The position numbers and the translations under genes are program-made. 20,000 bases of DNA, from the sequence record DRR723986_33163. One strand, written 5' to 3'. Numbering within the stretch: the first letter of the stretch is position 1; each line of letters starts with the position of its first letter. Under the pieces are notes generated by a model. It saw nothing but the letters and a program-made list of their open reading frames with translations. It searched no databases and was not told where the DNA came from. This document shows, piece by piece, positions 9,164-17,491 of the stretch.

Positions 9164-10618
9164 ATGAAGATAAAACGACTGTCCTTAAGAGCAAGAATAT
9201 TTGTAGCTATGATACTTCTAGTGTTATTGGCTTCAATATTAATTGCCGCAGTTACAATCTATCAATATAACGAAGAGGCTAGAGATTATCATAAAGAACG
9301 ATTAGAACGTAAGGAAGGAGCCATAAGACGCAGTATAGATTTTGCAATTAAAGAAACGACCTATCCTGTTACCACTGAAAATATTCCTTTAATCTTTAAA
9401 GAAGAAATATTTGATATTGTAGCAATACATAAGCTGCAAATTAGTCTATACGATTTAGAAGGCCAGTTGCTTATAAGCTCAATGCGGAGTATTTATCGAG
9501 ACTCAACAGAAAACTGCATTGAAGCCGAGGTTTTGAATAAATTATCAAACACTGTAGAGCATCGATATGTTGAAAAAAACGAAAAAAACGGACAATCCTA
9601 TCAATCATCTTACACTTATATTACAGATGAGAAATTCAAAAATTTAGCCATACTTAATCTGCCATATTTAGAGAATGATGACTTTCTTAATAGGGAGTTG
9701 AATGAATTTTTATTACGTCTTGGATATGCTTATTTAGCAATGATTTTAGCCGCTATTGTATTTGCATATTTTATTTCAACATACATTACCAAATCACTAA
9801 AAACTATTAGTGATAAAATGAATGAATTAAGGCTTGAAAAGCGCAATAAAAAGATTGAAATAGAATCATCTAGTGAAGAGATTGAAACTTTAGTAAACTC
9901 ATACAACAGCATGATTGACGAACTTGAAGCAAGTGCCGTTAAATTGGCAACTAGTGAGAGAGAACAAGCATGGAGAGAAATGGCAAAACAAGTGGCACAT
10001 GAGATTAAAAATCCATTAACTCCAATGCGTTTGAGTGTACAGAGTTTTCAGCGAAAATTTAACCCAGAAGACGAAAATATACATCAAAAAGTTGATGAAT
10101 ATAGTAACACACTGATACAGCAAATAGATACAATGAGTTCAATTGCATCAGCTTTTTCAAACTTCGCAAAAATGCCTGCGCAGAAAAGTGAAATTCTCAA
10201 TGTGGTGAATATTGTCAAATTAGCTCTAGATATTTTTAATGAAGATTATATCTCATTTGAAGCTGAATCTGAAGAAATTATTGCAAAGTTCGATAGAACT
10301 CAGCTTATTAGAGTAGTTACAAATTTGGTTAAAAATGGCATACAAGCCATGCCAATCGATGCAGCAGATCCAAGAATAGATGTAAAGGTGTTCTCCGAAA
10401 ACAATTTGGTTAAAATACAGATATCCGATAACGGAGCTGGTATTGAAGAAGAAACAAAATCAAAAATATTTGAACCTAAGTTTACTACTAAAACTAGTGG
10501 TATGGGATTAGGGCTTGCAATGGTCAAAAACATTGTTGAAACTTATAAAGGAAGTATTACCTTTACTTCACAATCTGGTGAAGGAACAATATTTACGGTG
10601 TCTTTCCCAAAAGAATAA
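9164..10618 (+). CDS. Membrane sensor histidine kinase (NtrY-like; 2 TM, HAMP, HisKA, HATPase)
   Basis: H-box WREMAKQVAHEIKNPLTP, N-box NLVKNGIQA, G1 DNGAGI, F/G2 IFEPKFTTK.SGMGLGL. TATATTTA -7-like motif at 9139-9146. Confidence 0.95.
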   Translation: MKIKRLSLRARIFVAMILLVLLASILIAAVTIYQYNEEARDYHKERLERKEGAIRRSIDFAIKETTYPVTTENIPLIFKEEIFDIVAIHKLQISLYDLEGQLLISSMRSIYRDSTENCIEAEVLNKLSNTVEHRYVEKNEKNGQSYQSSYTYITDEKFKNLAILNLPYLENDDFLNRELNEFLLRLGYAYLAMILAAIVFAYFISTYITKSLKTISDKMNELRLEKRNKKIEIESSSEEIETLVNSYNSMIDELEASAVKLATSEREQAWREMAKQVAHEIKNPLTPMRLSVQSFQRKFNPEDENIHQKVDEYSNTLIQQIDTMSSIASAFSNFAKMPAQKSEILNVVNIVKLALDIFNEDYISFEAESEEIIAKFDRTQLIRVVTNLVKNGIQAMPIDAADPRIDVKVFSENNLVKIQISDNGAGIEEETKSKIFEPKFTTKTSGMGLGLAMVKNIVETYKGSITFTSQSGEGTIFTVSFPKE

Positions 10619-10662
10619 GTCATAACTTAAGTTAACAAAAATACATAACCAACATTTATACT

Positions 10663-11445
10663 ATGAGTTACACTAATATATTATCAAGCTATTCAAATGG
10701 AATTACTACGATTACCATTAATAGACCGAACAAATTAAATGCATTAAATAGAGACACAATTCAAGAATTACATGAGGCATTTGACGAAGCAAACAAGGAT
10801 AGTGGTACAAAGGTGATTATTATAACAGGTAGTGGTGAAAAGGCCTTCGTAGCAGGCGCTGATATTAGTGAGTTCGTGGATTTTAATGTGAATGAAGGTG
10901 GTAAATTAGCGGCACAAGGACAAAATATATTATTTGATTTTGTAGAAAACTTAAATACTCCTGTAATTTCTGCTGTCAATGGATTTGCCTTAGGAGGTGG
11001 ATTAGAATTAGCAATGGCATGTCATTTTAGAGTAGCTAGTAATAATGCAAAAATGGGACTCCCAGAAGTGTCATTAGGTGTTATACCAGGATATGGTGGT
11101 ACGCAACGATTACCTCAATTAGTAGGTAAAGGCAGAGCTATGGAAATGATAATGACAGCTGGTATGATAGACGCCAACCAAGCGTTAAATTTTGGATTAG
11201 TTAATCATGTAGTGGAGCAGGAAGAACTGTTACCACTTTGTGAAAAAATTGCATCTAAAATCATGAAGAATTCATCCGTCGCAATTGGTAAGGCCATAAA
11301 GGCCATAAATGCCAATTACAAAGAAGGTAAAGACGGTTATAAGGTAGAGATTAAACAATTTGGAAAGTGTTTCGGTACCGAAGACTTCAAGGAAGGTACC
11401 ACGGCATTTTTAGAGAAACGCAAAGCAGATTTCCCTGGGAATTAG
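10663..11445 (+). CDS. Enoyl-CoA hydratase/isomerase (crotonase family)
   Basis: NRPNKLNALN, AFVAGADI, NGFALGGGLELA, GLPEVSLGVIPGYGGTQRL; both catalytic Glu residues present. Confidence 0.95.
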   Translation: MSYTNILSSYSNGITTITINRPNKLNALNRDTIQELHEAFDEANKDSGTKVIIITGSGEKAFVAGADISEFVDFNVNEGGKLAAQGQNILFDFVENLNTPVISAVNGFALGGGLELAMACHFRVASNNAKMGLPEVSLGVIPGYGGTQRLPQLVGKGRAMEMIMTAGMIDANQALNFGLVNHVVEQEELLPLCEKIASKIMKNSSVAIGKAIKAINANYKEGKDGYKVEIKQFGKCFGTEDFKEGTTAFLEKRKADFPGN

Positions 11446-11582
11446 TAAGTTTTAGCGACATTTAATGAGGTTGTAGATCTGTCATCTACAATCTTGTGAA
11501 TTAAATAAAAAGGACTTAGAATTAGTGTAAGCAAAACTAATAAGGGACTAAATACAATTAATATTGTGTAATATTTTTTCAT
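11442..11582 (-). CDS. Putative 46-aa small membrane protein (unannotated)
   Basis: Translation MKKYYTILIVFSPLLVLLTLILSPFYLIHKIVDDRSTTSLNVAKTY*. Basic N-terminus plus about 20 hydrophobic residues; exact TAAGTTTG promoter motif 16 nt upstream; stop overlaps the convergent hydratase stop (TTAG, 11442-11445). Confidence 0.5.
   Translation of the reverse strand: MKKYYTILIVFSPLLVLLTLILSPFYLIHKIVDDRSTTSLNVAKTY
11467..11495 (+). terminator. 12-bp stem-loop downstream of the enoyl-CoA hydratase gene (possible terminator or 3' stabilising hairpin)
   Basis: GAGGTTGTAGAT-ctgtc-ATCTACAATCTT, 10 Watson-Crick plus 2 G-U pairs; the U-tail is poor. Confidence 0.45.
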
Positions 11583-11598
11583 AGAAATTTGTTTTTAG

Positions 11599-11606
11599 CA
11601 AACTTA
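11599..11606 (-). promoter_or_regulatory. -7 promoter element for the 46-aa ORF
   Basis: TAAGTTTG on the minus strand, exact TAnnTTTG, followed by the A-rich leader CTAAAAACAAATTTCT-ATG. Confidence 0.5.
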
Positions 11607-11655
11607 AAATGACTTTAAACATCTGTAGATAAGTATATTAACACATTTATATTCA

Positions 11656-11862
11656 ATTTTAACCCAAATTGCTAATTGTCATGGTGGCACTTTAAATGAA
11701 AGTCGTTTTGGTTTAAGAATGCGAGGTGAAGGCAACATTGCTAAACATATTAACGATACTGTAAAATTGGCTAAAATGAAATATTTTAACGATAAAAAGA
11801 TGCCAGATTTAAATATGAAGCTTCATGAAGGATATAAATGTGGTCAGCTAAAACTGTTCTAA
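11656..11862 (+). pseudogene. 3' remnant of a PA0069/Rv2578c-family radical SAM protein
   Basis: Translation ILTQIANCHGGTLNESRFGLRMRGEGNIAKHINDTVKLAKMKYFNDKKMPDLNMKLHEGYKCGQLKLF*. The GG.LN.SRFG.RMRGEG motif and terminal QLxLF are what I recognise as this family's C-terminus. There is an in-frame TAG at 11626-11628, no upstream ATG and no CxxxCxxC domain. Confidence 0.82.
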
Positions 11863-11916
11863 ATTTACCGTTTATCCATAACCAACTGTAATACAACTAG
11901 TCAATAGGGGTAAAAC

Positions 11917-11946
11917 TTGCTCAATTTAAATAATTAACTATATTTA
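11917..11946 (+). promoter_or_regulatory. Putative Flavobacterium-type promoter for the haloperoxidase operon
   Basis: TTG (11917-11919), a 19-nt spacer, then TATATTTA (11939-11946), 21 nt upstream of ATG 11968. Matches TTG-N19-TAnnTTTG except for the last base. Confidence 0.55.
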
Positions 11947-11967
11947 TTCGACCAATCAATACTACTT

Positions 11968-13281
11968 ATGAAATCAAGACTTTTACTATTATTCCTAGCC
12001 CTGACATTTTTTTCTTGCAAAAAGGAAACTAAAGATGCAACTGTAATTTTTGATCGCAAGGATTTAAGCGCTGCCAACACGATACTTTTAGAAAGTGTTA
12101 TGGAAGATGCTTTTACTCCACCTGTTGCAAGCAGGATTTATGCCTATTCACATTTAGCACAGTATATAACTTTGCAGAGTATACTAAATGATAGTTTGCC
12201 AGAAATCGCATCTAAAATAAATGGATTAGATAATTTTAATATACCAGAAAAAAGAGAAGTTAACCCTGAACTTTCAGCGTTATTAGCATTTTCTTCAATA
12301 GGCAAAAAACTTATTTATTCTGAACAATACTTCGATGAATTAACATCTAACCTCAAATCCAAGGCAATAGATAAAGGACTTTCTGAAGATGTAATTAAAA
12401 GTTCAGAATCATATGCTAATGAAATTACCACTCAATTAAGTGCTTGGATAGACAAAGATATGTACATAGAAACAAGAACTTATCCAAGATTCACAAGTAC
12501 AAAAAAGCCAGAGAATTGGCGAGAGACACCACCAGATTATGCAACTGGTTTAGAGCCATACTGGGATAATATTAGAACTTTAGTTATAGATAGTGTAAAC
12601 GTTTACAACTATAAGCCGTTACCAGAATATAGCACGGAGAAAAACTCGGCATTTTATAAAATGGTAAATGAAGTGTATGAAGAATCTTTAAAAACTACAG
12701 ATGAAAAAGGTAAAATTGCTTGGTTTTGGGATTGCAATCCTATCTTAACCATACACAAAGGACACATGGTAACTACAATCCATAAGTTTACACCACCTGG
12801 TCATTGGCTTAATATTGTTAATCAGATTACAGAAAAAGAGAATTCTGATTATTTTACCACTACAAAAGCATATACATTAACATCTATGGCGATGTTTGAT
12901 GCTATTATTGGAGCTTGGCATGTAAAGTATAAAACGGATTTAGTTAGACCGATTACTTATATTCAAGAATATATCGATCCAGATTGGGAGCCTATTTTAC
13001 AAACGCCACCTTTCCCTGAATATACAAGTGGTCATAGCGCAACCTCTGCATCAGCAGCAGAGATGCTTACTAGTATTTTTGGTGATAATTATGCCTTTAC
13101 AGACAATACGCAATTACGTTTTGATTTAGAAGAACGTTCTTTTAATTCCTTTAAAGAGGCTGCAAATCAAGTAAATTTAAGCCGATTTTACGGTGGAATT
13201 CACTACAAGCAAGGTGTAGAAGAAGGAGGCAAACAAGGAACCTATATTGCTAATTTAATTTTACAAAAACTACAAAAGTAA
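11968..13281 (+). CDS. Vanadium-dependent haloperoxidase-like lipoprotein (PAP2 superfamily)
   Basis: Lipobox LTFFS-C; all three vanadate/phosphate-binding motifs: K-x6-RP (KYKTDLVRP, 12925-12951), TPPFPEYTSGHS and SRFYGGIH (13180-13203); also PPVASRIYAY, W..TPP and FWDCNP, typical of bacterial VHPO-like proteins. Confidence 0.88.
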   Translation: MKSRLLLLFLALTFFSCKKETKDATVIFDRKDLSAANTILLESVMEDAFTPPVASRIYAYSHLAQYITLQSILNDSLPEIASKINGLDNFNIPEKREVNPELSALLAFSSIGKKLIYSEQYFDELTSNLKSKAIDKGLSEDVIKSSESYANEITTQLSAWIDKDMYIETRTYPRFTSTKKPENWRETPPDYATGLEPYWDNIRTLVIDSVNVYNYKPLPEYSTEKNSAFYKMVNEVYEESLKTTDEKGKIAWFWDCNPILTIHKGHMVTTIHKFTPPGHWLNIVNQITEKENSDYFTTTKAYTLTSMAMFDAIIGAWHVKYKTDLVRPITYIQEYIDPDWEPILQTPPFPEYTSGHSATSASAAEMLTSIFGDNYAFTDNTQLRFDLEERSFNSFKEAANQVNLSRFYGGIHYKQGVEEGGKQGTYIANLILQKLQK

Positions 13282-13285
13282 TATT

Positions 13286-16200
13286 GTGCGAAATCTTAAA
13301 TTACTACTATTATTAGTTGTTTTATTTGCATTTTTTAATTGCAAAGAAGACGTAACTAAAACAAGAGATACTTCAAAATCAACCTTAACAAGCAAAGAAG
13401 TTTCAAGGGATTCTGAGTTGTTCGAATATTTAGATGCGTCTACAACAAATATTGATTTTCAGAATCAAATAACTGAAACTGAAACATTCAATTTTTTGCT
13501 TTACGAATATTTATATAACGGAGGAGGAGTTGCTATTGGCGATATAAATAACGATGGTTTAGATGATATTTATTTTTCTGGTAATACGGTTGCTAATAAA
13601 CTTTACTTAAACGAAGGCAATTTTAAGTTTAAGGATATAACCAAATCAGCAAAGGTAAATGGTGGTGCTGGGTTTAAAACTGGTGTTACCATGGCAGATG
13701 TAAATAATGATGGTTTGCTAGATATTTATGTGTGTAAATCTGCAATTAGTAATGATGACTTGAGACGTAATTTACTTTATATAAATCAGGGAGATTTAAC
13801 GTTTAAAGAAAGCGCAAAATCTTATGGGCTTGACGACGCTGGTTATTCTGTACAAGCTTATTTTTTCGATTCTGATGGTGATAATGATTTAGATGTATAT
13901 GTTCTTAATCACTCTAGTAATATGCGAGAGTCTAATACCATTAAGGTTACTCAGAATGCCAATGGAGAAATCGTGAGAGCAGAGCCACAGACCTACGAAG
14001 GTGTTACAGATAGATTTTACCAAAACAATAACACAAAATTTATCGATATTTCTGCCAATGCTGGTGTTCTTAATGATGCTTTTGGATTAAGTGCCGTTAT
14101 AGGTGATTTTAATAATGACTTTAGGCCAGATATATATGTTTGTAATGACTATATGATGCCAGATAGGCTTTTAATTAATAAAGGAAATAATGTATTTAAA
14201 GATGAAGTTGATGACTATTTTAGTCAAACATCTTTTTCTTCGATGGGATCTGATTTTGCAGATATAAATAATGATGGTCATTTAGATTTATTCACACTAG
14301 ACATGTCTCCAAAAGAAAATCATAGACGTAAGATGATGATGATGGCACAGAACTATGATAAATTCGAAAAAATGACATCTTATGGATTTGGCACTCAATA
14401 TTCTGCAAATGCGTTACAAATAAATTCAGGCACACAGCATTTTTCTAATATCGCGTTTTTAGATAACCTTGCTCAAACAGAATGGAGTTGGAGTGCATTA
14501 TTTGCAGATTTTGACAATGATGGATTAAAAGATCTTCATATCACAAATGGTTACAATAGAGATGTTACTAATAATGACTATTCAAGATATAAAATGGATG
14601 GTCTTCAGAAACAACTAAATGCAAAAGAAATTACATTAAAGCAATGGATAGAGAATATCCCTAGTGTTCCAGTACCTGCATTTTTATTTAAGAATAAAGG
14701 AAATAATAGTTTTAAGGATATCTCTAGAGAATGGAATAGCGGCAGACCTACTTTTTCTAATGGTTCTGCCTATGCAGATTTAAATAATGATGGTTATTTA
14801 GATGTTGTTGTAAATAATTTAAATGATTTTCCTTTCATTATGAAGAATAAAGGAAAGGAAACTTTTAAGAATAATTTCGTTTCAATAAAATTTGAACATG
14901 AAACAGGTAAAATAGCGCAAGGTACAATCGCAAAATTAACATTGTCTGATGGAACTGAAATCACTGAAACTTATAACCCAACACGAGGGTTTTTATCATC
15001 ATCACAGCATAAATTACATTTTGGATTTAAAGAAGGTTTGTCAGCAGAGAAATTAGATATTATTTGGCCAGATAAGCAGTTTCAAACTATTAAGAATCCT
15101 GAAATAAATACATCGATTACGCTTAAAAGAGAATCAAATTCTAGATATACAAATTCTAATAGTCCTTCAAAATACTTTGAAGACGCATCTTTAAAATTAA
15201 AAGGAGCATTTACACATAAAGAAAATGATTTTATAGATTTTAAACGCGAAGTTTTATTGCACCATAAATATAGTGAGGAAGGACCTGCAGTTGCTATTGC
15301 AGATGTCAATGGCGATGGATTAGAAGATATCTATTTAGGCGGTGCATTAGGTTTTACAGGTAAACTATTTACTCAAAATACAACAGGTACATTTAATCTA
15401 AGGACAACACCAGGATTTACTGTAGATAAAATGTATGAAGATACAGATGCAGTATTTTTTGATGCCAATCTAGATGGCTACAAGGATTTGTATGTTGTAA
15501 GTGGAGGAAGTGAACATAAAGTAGGTAGTCAAAATTATAAAGACCGCTTATATATAAATGATGGTAATGGTAATTTTCAAAAAATATCTAATGCCTTACC
15601 AGATGTTTTAACCAGTGGATCGGTGGTTAAAGTGCATGATATAGATGGAGATGGGCAATTAGATTTATTTATTGGTTCCAGAGTAACTCCAGGACGATAT
15701 CCTGAAACACCAAGAAGTTATATTCTGAAAAACACCAATGGAATTTTTAAAGATATTACCTCACAATGGTCTAAAGGTCTTTTCGATATTGGTATGATTA
15801 CCGATGCTGAATTTAAGGATTTAGATAATGACGGAACAAAAGAATTGATTGTTGTTGGTGAGTGGATGCCTATATCTGTTTTTAAGTTTGAAAATGGAAG
15901 TTATTCAAATAAAACCAAGCAATACGGATTGGATAATAAAATAGGATGGTGGAATTCGGTAACTGTTGAAGATGTCAATGGAGATGGTCTAAAAGATATT
16001 ATTGGAGGAAATTTAGGATTGAATTCTATTTTTAAAGCATCAGATAATGAACCTACAACCTTATATTATAAAGATTTTGATAAAAATGGCAGTTTAGATG
16101 CTGTATTATGTACTTATATTGATGGTGTTAGTTATCCAATACACAATAGAGATCGTATGCTAAATCATATGGTAATGCTTAAAAAACGATTTACTCGTTA

Positions 16201-16654
16201 TGAGCCATATGCTAGTGCTACTATCAATGATATTTTTACAGCAGAAGAACTTAAAAATGTCAAAGTTCTTAAAGCAAATCATTTACAACATTCTTTATTT
16301 ATAAATAATAATGGCACCAGTTTTACAGCCCAGAATTTGCCAATTGAAACTCAAATTTCTGTAATCAATGATGCCTATGTTTCTGATCTTAATAAGGATG
16401 GTAAACTGGATATTGTAACCGGAGGGAATTTCTATGGTACAGACGCAGAGTTTAGTCGTTATGATGCTTCGATTGGTGCAACAATAATAAATAACGGCTC
16501 AAAATTTGAGTCTGTTTCGGCATCAGAAAGTGGCTTATCAATACCTGGTAATGTTCAACACATAAAGCCAATTTCTATAGGTGGGGAATCGTATTTATTA
16601 GTGGTTAGAAATAATGATAAATCTAGCTTGTTAAAATTAAAAAGTGGGCTTTAA
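13286..16654 (+). CDS. FG-GAP/VCBS-repeat lipoprotein with central ASPIC/UnbV domain (CRTAC1-like)
   Basis: GTG start 4 nt after the previous stop; lipobox-like FAFFN-C-KED; more than 10 DxN/DxDGxxD Ca-binding repeats; NGGGVAIGD; ASPIC signature RGFLSS..KLHFG..IIWPD. Confidence 0.9.
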   Translation: MRNLKLLLLLVVLFAFFNCKEDVTKTRDTSKSTLTSKEVSRDSELFEYLDASTTNIDFQNQITETETFNFLLYEYLYNGGGVAIGDINNDGLDDIYFSGNTVANKLYLNEGNFKFKDITKSAKVNGGAGFKTGVTMADVNNDGLLDIYVCKSAISNDDLRRNLLYINQGDLTFKESAKSYGLDDAGYSVQAYFFDSDGDNDLDVYVLNHSSNMRESNTIKVTQNANGEIVRAEPQTYEGVTDRFYQNNNTKFIDISANAGVLNDAFGLSAVIGDFNNDFRPDIYVCNDYMMPDRLLINKGNNVFKDEVDDYFSQTSFSSMGSDFADINNDGHLDLFTLDMSPKENHRRKMMMMAQNYDKFEKMTSYGFGTQYSANALQINSGTQHFSNIAFLDNLAQTEWSWSALFADFDNDGLKDLHITNGYNRDVTNNDYSRYKMDGLQKQLNAKEITLKQWIENIPSVPVPAFLFKNKGNNSFKDISREWNSGRPTFSNGSAYADLNNDGYLDVVVNNLNDFPFIMKNKGKETFKNNFVSIKFEHETGKIAQGTIAKLTLSDGTEITETYNPTRGFLSSSQHKLHFGFKEGLSAEKLDIIWPDKQFQTIKNPEINTSITLKRESNSRYTNSNSPSKYFEDASLKLKGAFTHKENDFIDFKREVLLHHKYSEEGPAVAIADVNGDGLEDIYLGGALGFTGKLFTQNTTGTFNLRTTPGFTVDKMYEDTDAVFFDANLDGYKDLYVVSGGSEHKVGSQNYKDRLYINDGNGNFQKISNALPDVLTSGSVVKVHDIDGDGQLDLFIGSRVTPGRYPETPRSYILKNTNGIFKDITSQWSKGLFDIGMITDAEFKDLDNDGTKELIVVGEWMPISVFKFENGSYSNKTKQYGLDNKIGWWNSVTVEDVNGDGLKDIIGGNLGLNSIFKASDNEPTTLYYKDFDKNGSLDAVLCTYIDGVSYPIHNRDRMLNHMVMLKKRFTRYEPYASATINDIFTAEELKNVKVLKANHLQHSLFINNNGTSFTAQNLPIETQISVINDAYVSDLNKDGKLDIVTGGNFYGTDAEFSRYDASIGATIINNGSKFESVSASESGLSIPGNVQHIKPISIGGESYLLVVRNNDKSSLLKLKSGL

Positions 16655-16665
16655 GACCCACTTTT
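16640..16665. terminator. Probably bidirectional intrinsic terminator
   Basis: AAAAGTGGG-ctttaaga-CCCACTTTT, with T-runs on both strands. It overlaps the stop of 13286..16654 and sits between convergent genes. Confidence 0.7.
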
Positions 16666-16703
16666 CTTCTAATAAGTAACTAAACTAATATAAAAACAAC
16701 GAT

Positions 16704-17260
16704 TTATATTCTAAATTTCTCGGTGAATGTCCTATCATTTGCCATAACAACTGCGCTGTATTCACCTGGTAGATTTTTATCTAATTTGTAAACTCTATTC
16801 AATATTTCATCTCCCTTAACTGTATCTGTATATATGAGCTCGCCTTCAAAATATAATTCTACTTTCATTTCGTTGGTGTCTAAACCAATTTTAGAGATGA
16901 TAAGTCTTGCATCATAAGTTCTAAAAACAGGTTTAAAATTTTTTTCTTTAGTATTTTCTATTAAGCTTGCTTTACCTTTATTCACTCTAATTGAAATTGT
17001 TTCAATTTCAAAATCTTTATTGATTTCTACTGTATATTTACCATTTTCTAACTCTGTGAAATCGTAAAGCCTCGTTAATTTTCCTGTATTTTTTATTCTT
17101 CCAGAATATACAACTTCACCATAAGAGTTTATTACAGTAATGAAGTTGCCTTCATTTATAGAATAATTTTTTTTTAGTTATATAAATCTTCATTTGCATA
17201 ACATGTTAATGTTCCTAACATCACGATTACTAATAAAATAGAATTTAATAATGTTTTCAT
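16704..17260 (-). pseudogene. Frameshifted secreted hypothetical protein (about 185 aa if repaired) with two tandem Ig-like (DUF3244/T9SS-CTD-like) repeats
   Basis: ATG 17260 gives the signal peptide MKTLLNSILLVIVMLGTLTCYANEDLYN* (TAA 17176-17174). A second frame open from 17177 reads LKKNYSINEGNFITVINSYGEVVYSGRIKNTGKLTRLYDFTELENGKYTVEINKDFEIETISIRV and continues directly into track ORF 16704..16985. One inserted base near 17178 joins the two. Confidence 0.8.
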
Positions 17261-17334
17261 GTTTTATTCTTTTTAGGTTAAACTATGTAGTCAATTTTAA
17301 GTTTACTTGTTTGAGTTGAATCTGCTCAACGATA

Positions 17335-17342
17335 CAAAGTTA
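17335..17342 (-). promoter_or_regulatory. -7 promoter element for the frameshifted secreted gene
   Basis: TAACTTTG on the minus strand, exact consensus, 74 nt upstream of ATG 17260. Confidence 0.55.
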
Positions 17343-17483
17343 TGTTAGTAGTAAAAGTTAGAAAACAAGGATTTTGGCATTATTATGTGTTAAATTAACC
17401 CTTATTATTAAATAATAATTTAATAAGATTAAAATAGAATACATTATGGGTAATTACACATAGATTTAGGCTAAGAATATACT

Positions 17484-17491
17484 TAACTTTG
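17484..17491 (+). promoter_or_regulatory. -7 promoter element for the AraC regulator
   Basis: TAACTTTG, exact consensus, 17 nt upstream of ATG 17509. Confidence 0.6.

Noticed and set aside
11471-11630. TTGTAGAT / CTGTAGAT resembling the 3' end of a Cas12a repeat
   Set aside because: No AATTTCTAC arm, no regularly spaced repeats and no cas genes; the first copy is simply one arm of a hairpin.
13286-16654. The UnbV domain implying an enediyne biosynthetic cluster
   Set aside because: No PKSE, thioesterase or other enediyne cassette genes in the window; ASPIC/UnbV proteins are common outside such clusters.
11863-16703. The haloperoxidase pair as a mobile element or island with att sites
   Set aside because: No integrase, transposase, tRNA or flanking direct repeats were seen. 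The neighbouring radical SAM remnant has lost its 5' end, on the side away from this pair, so the pair did not obviously cause the truncation.
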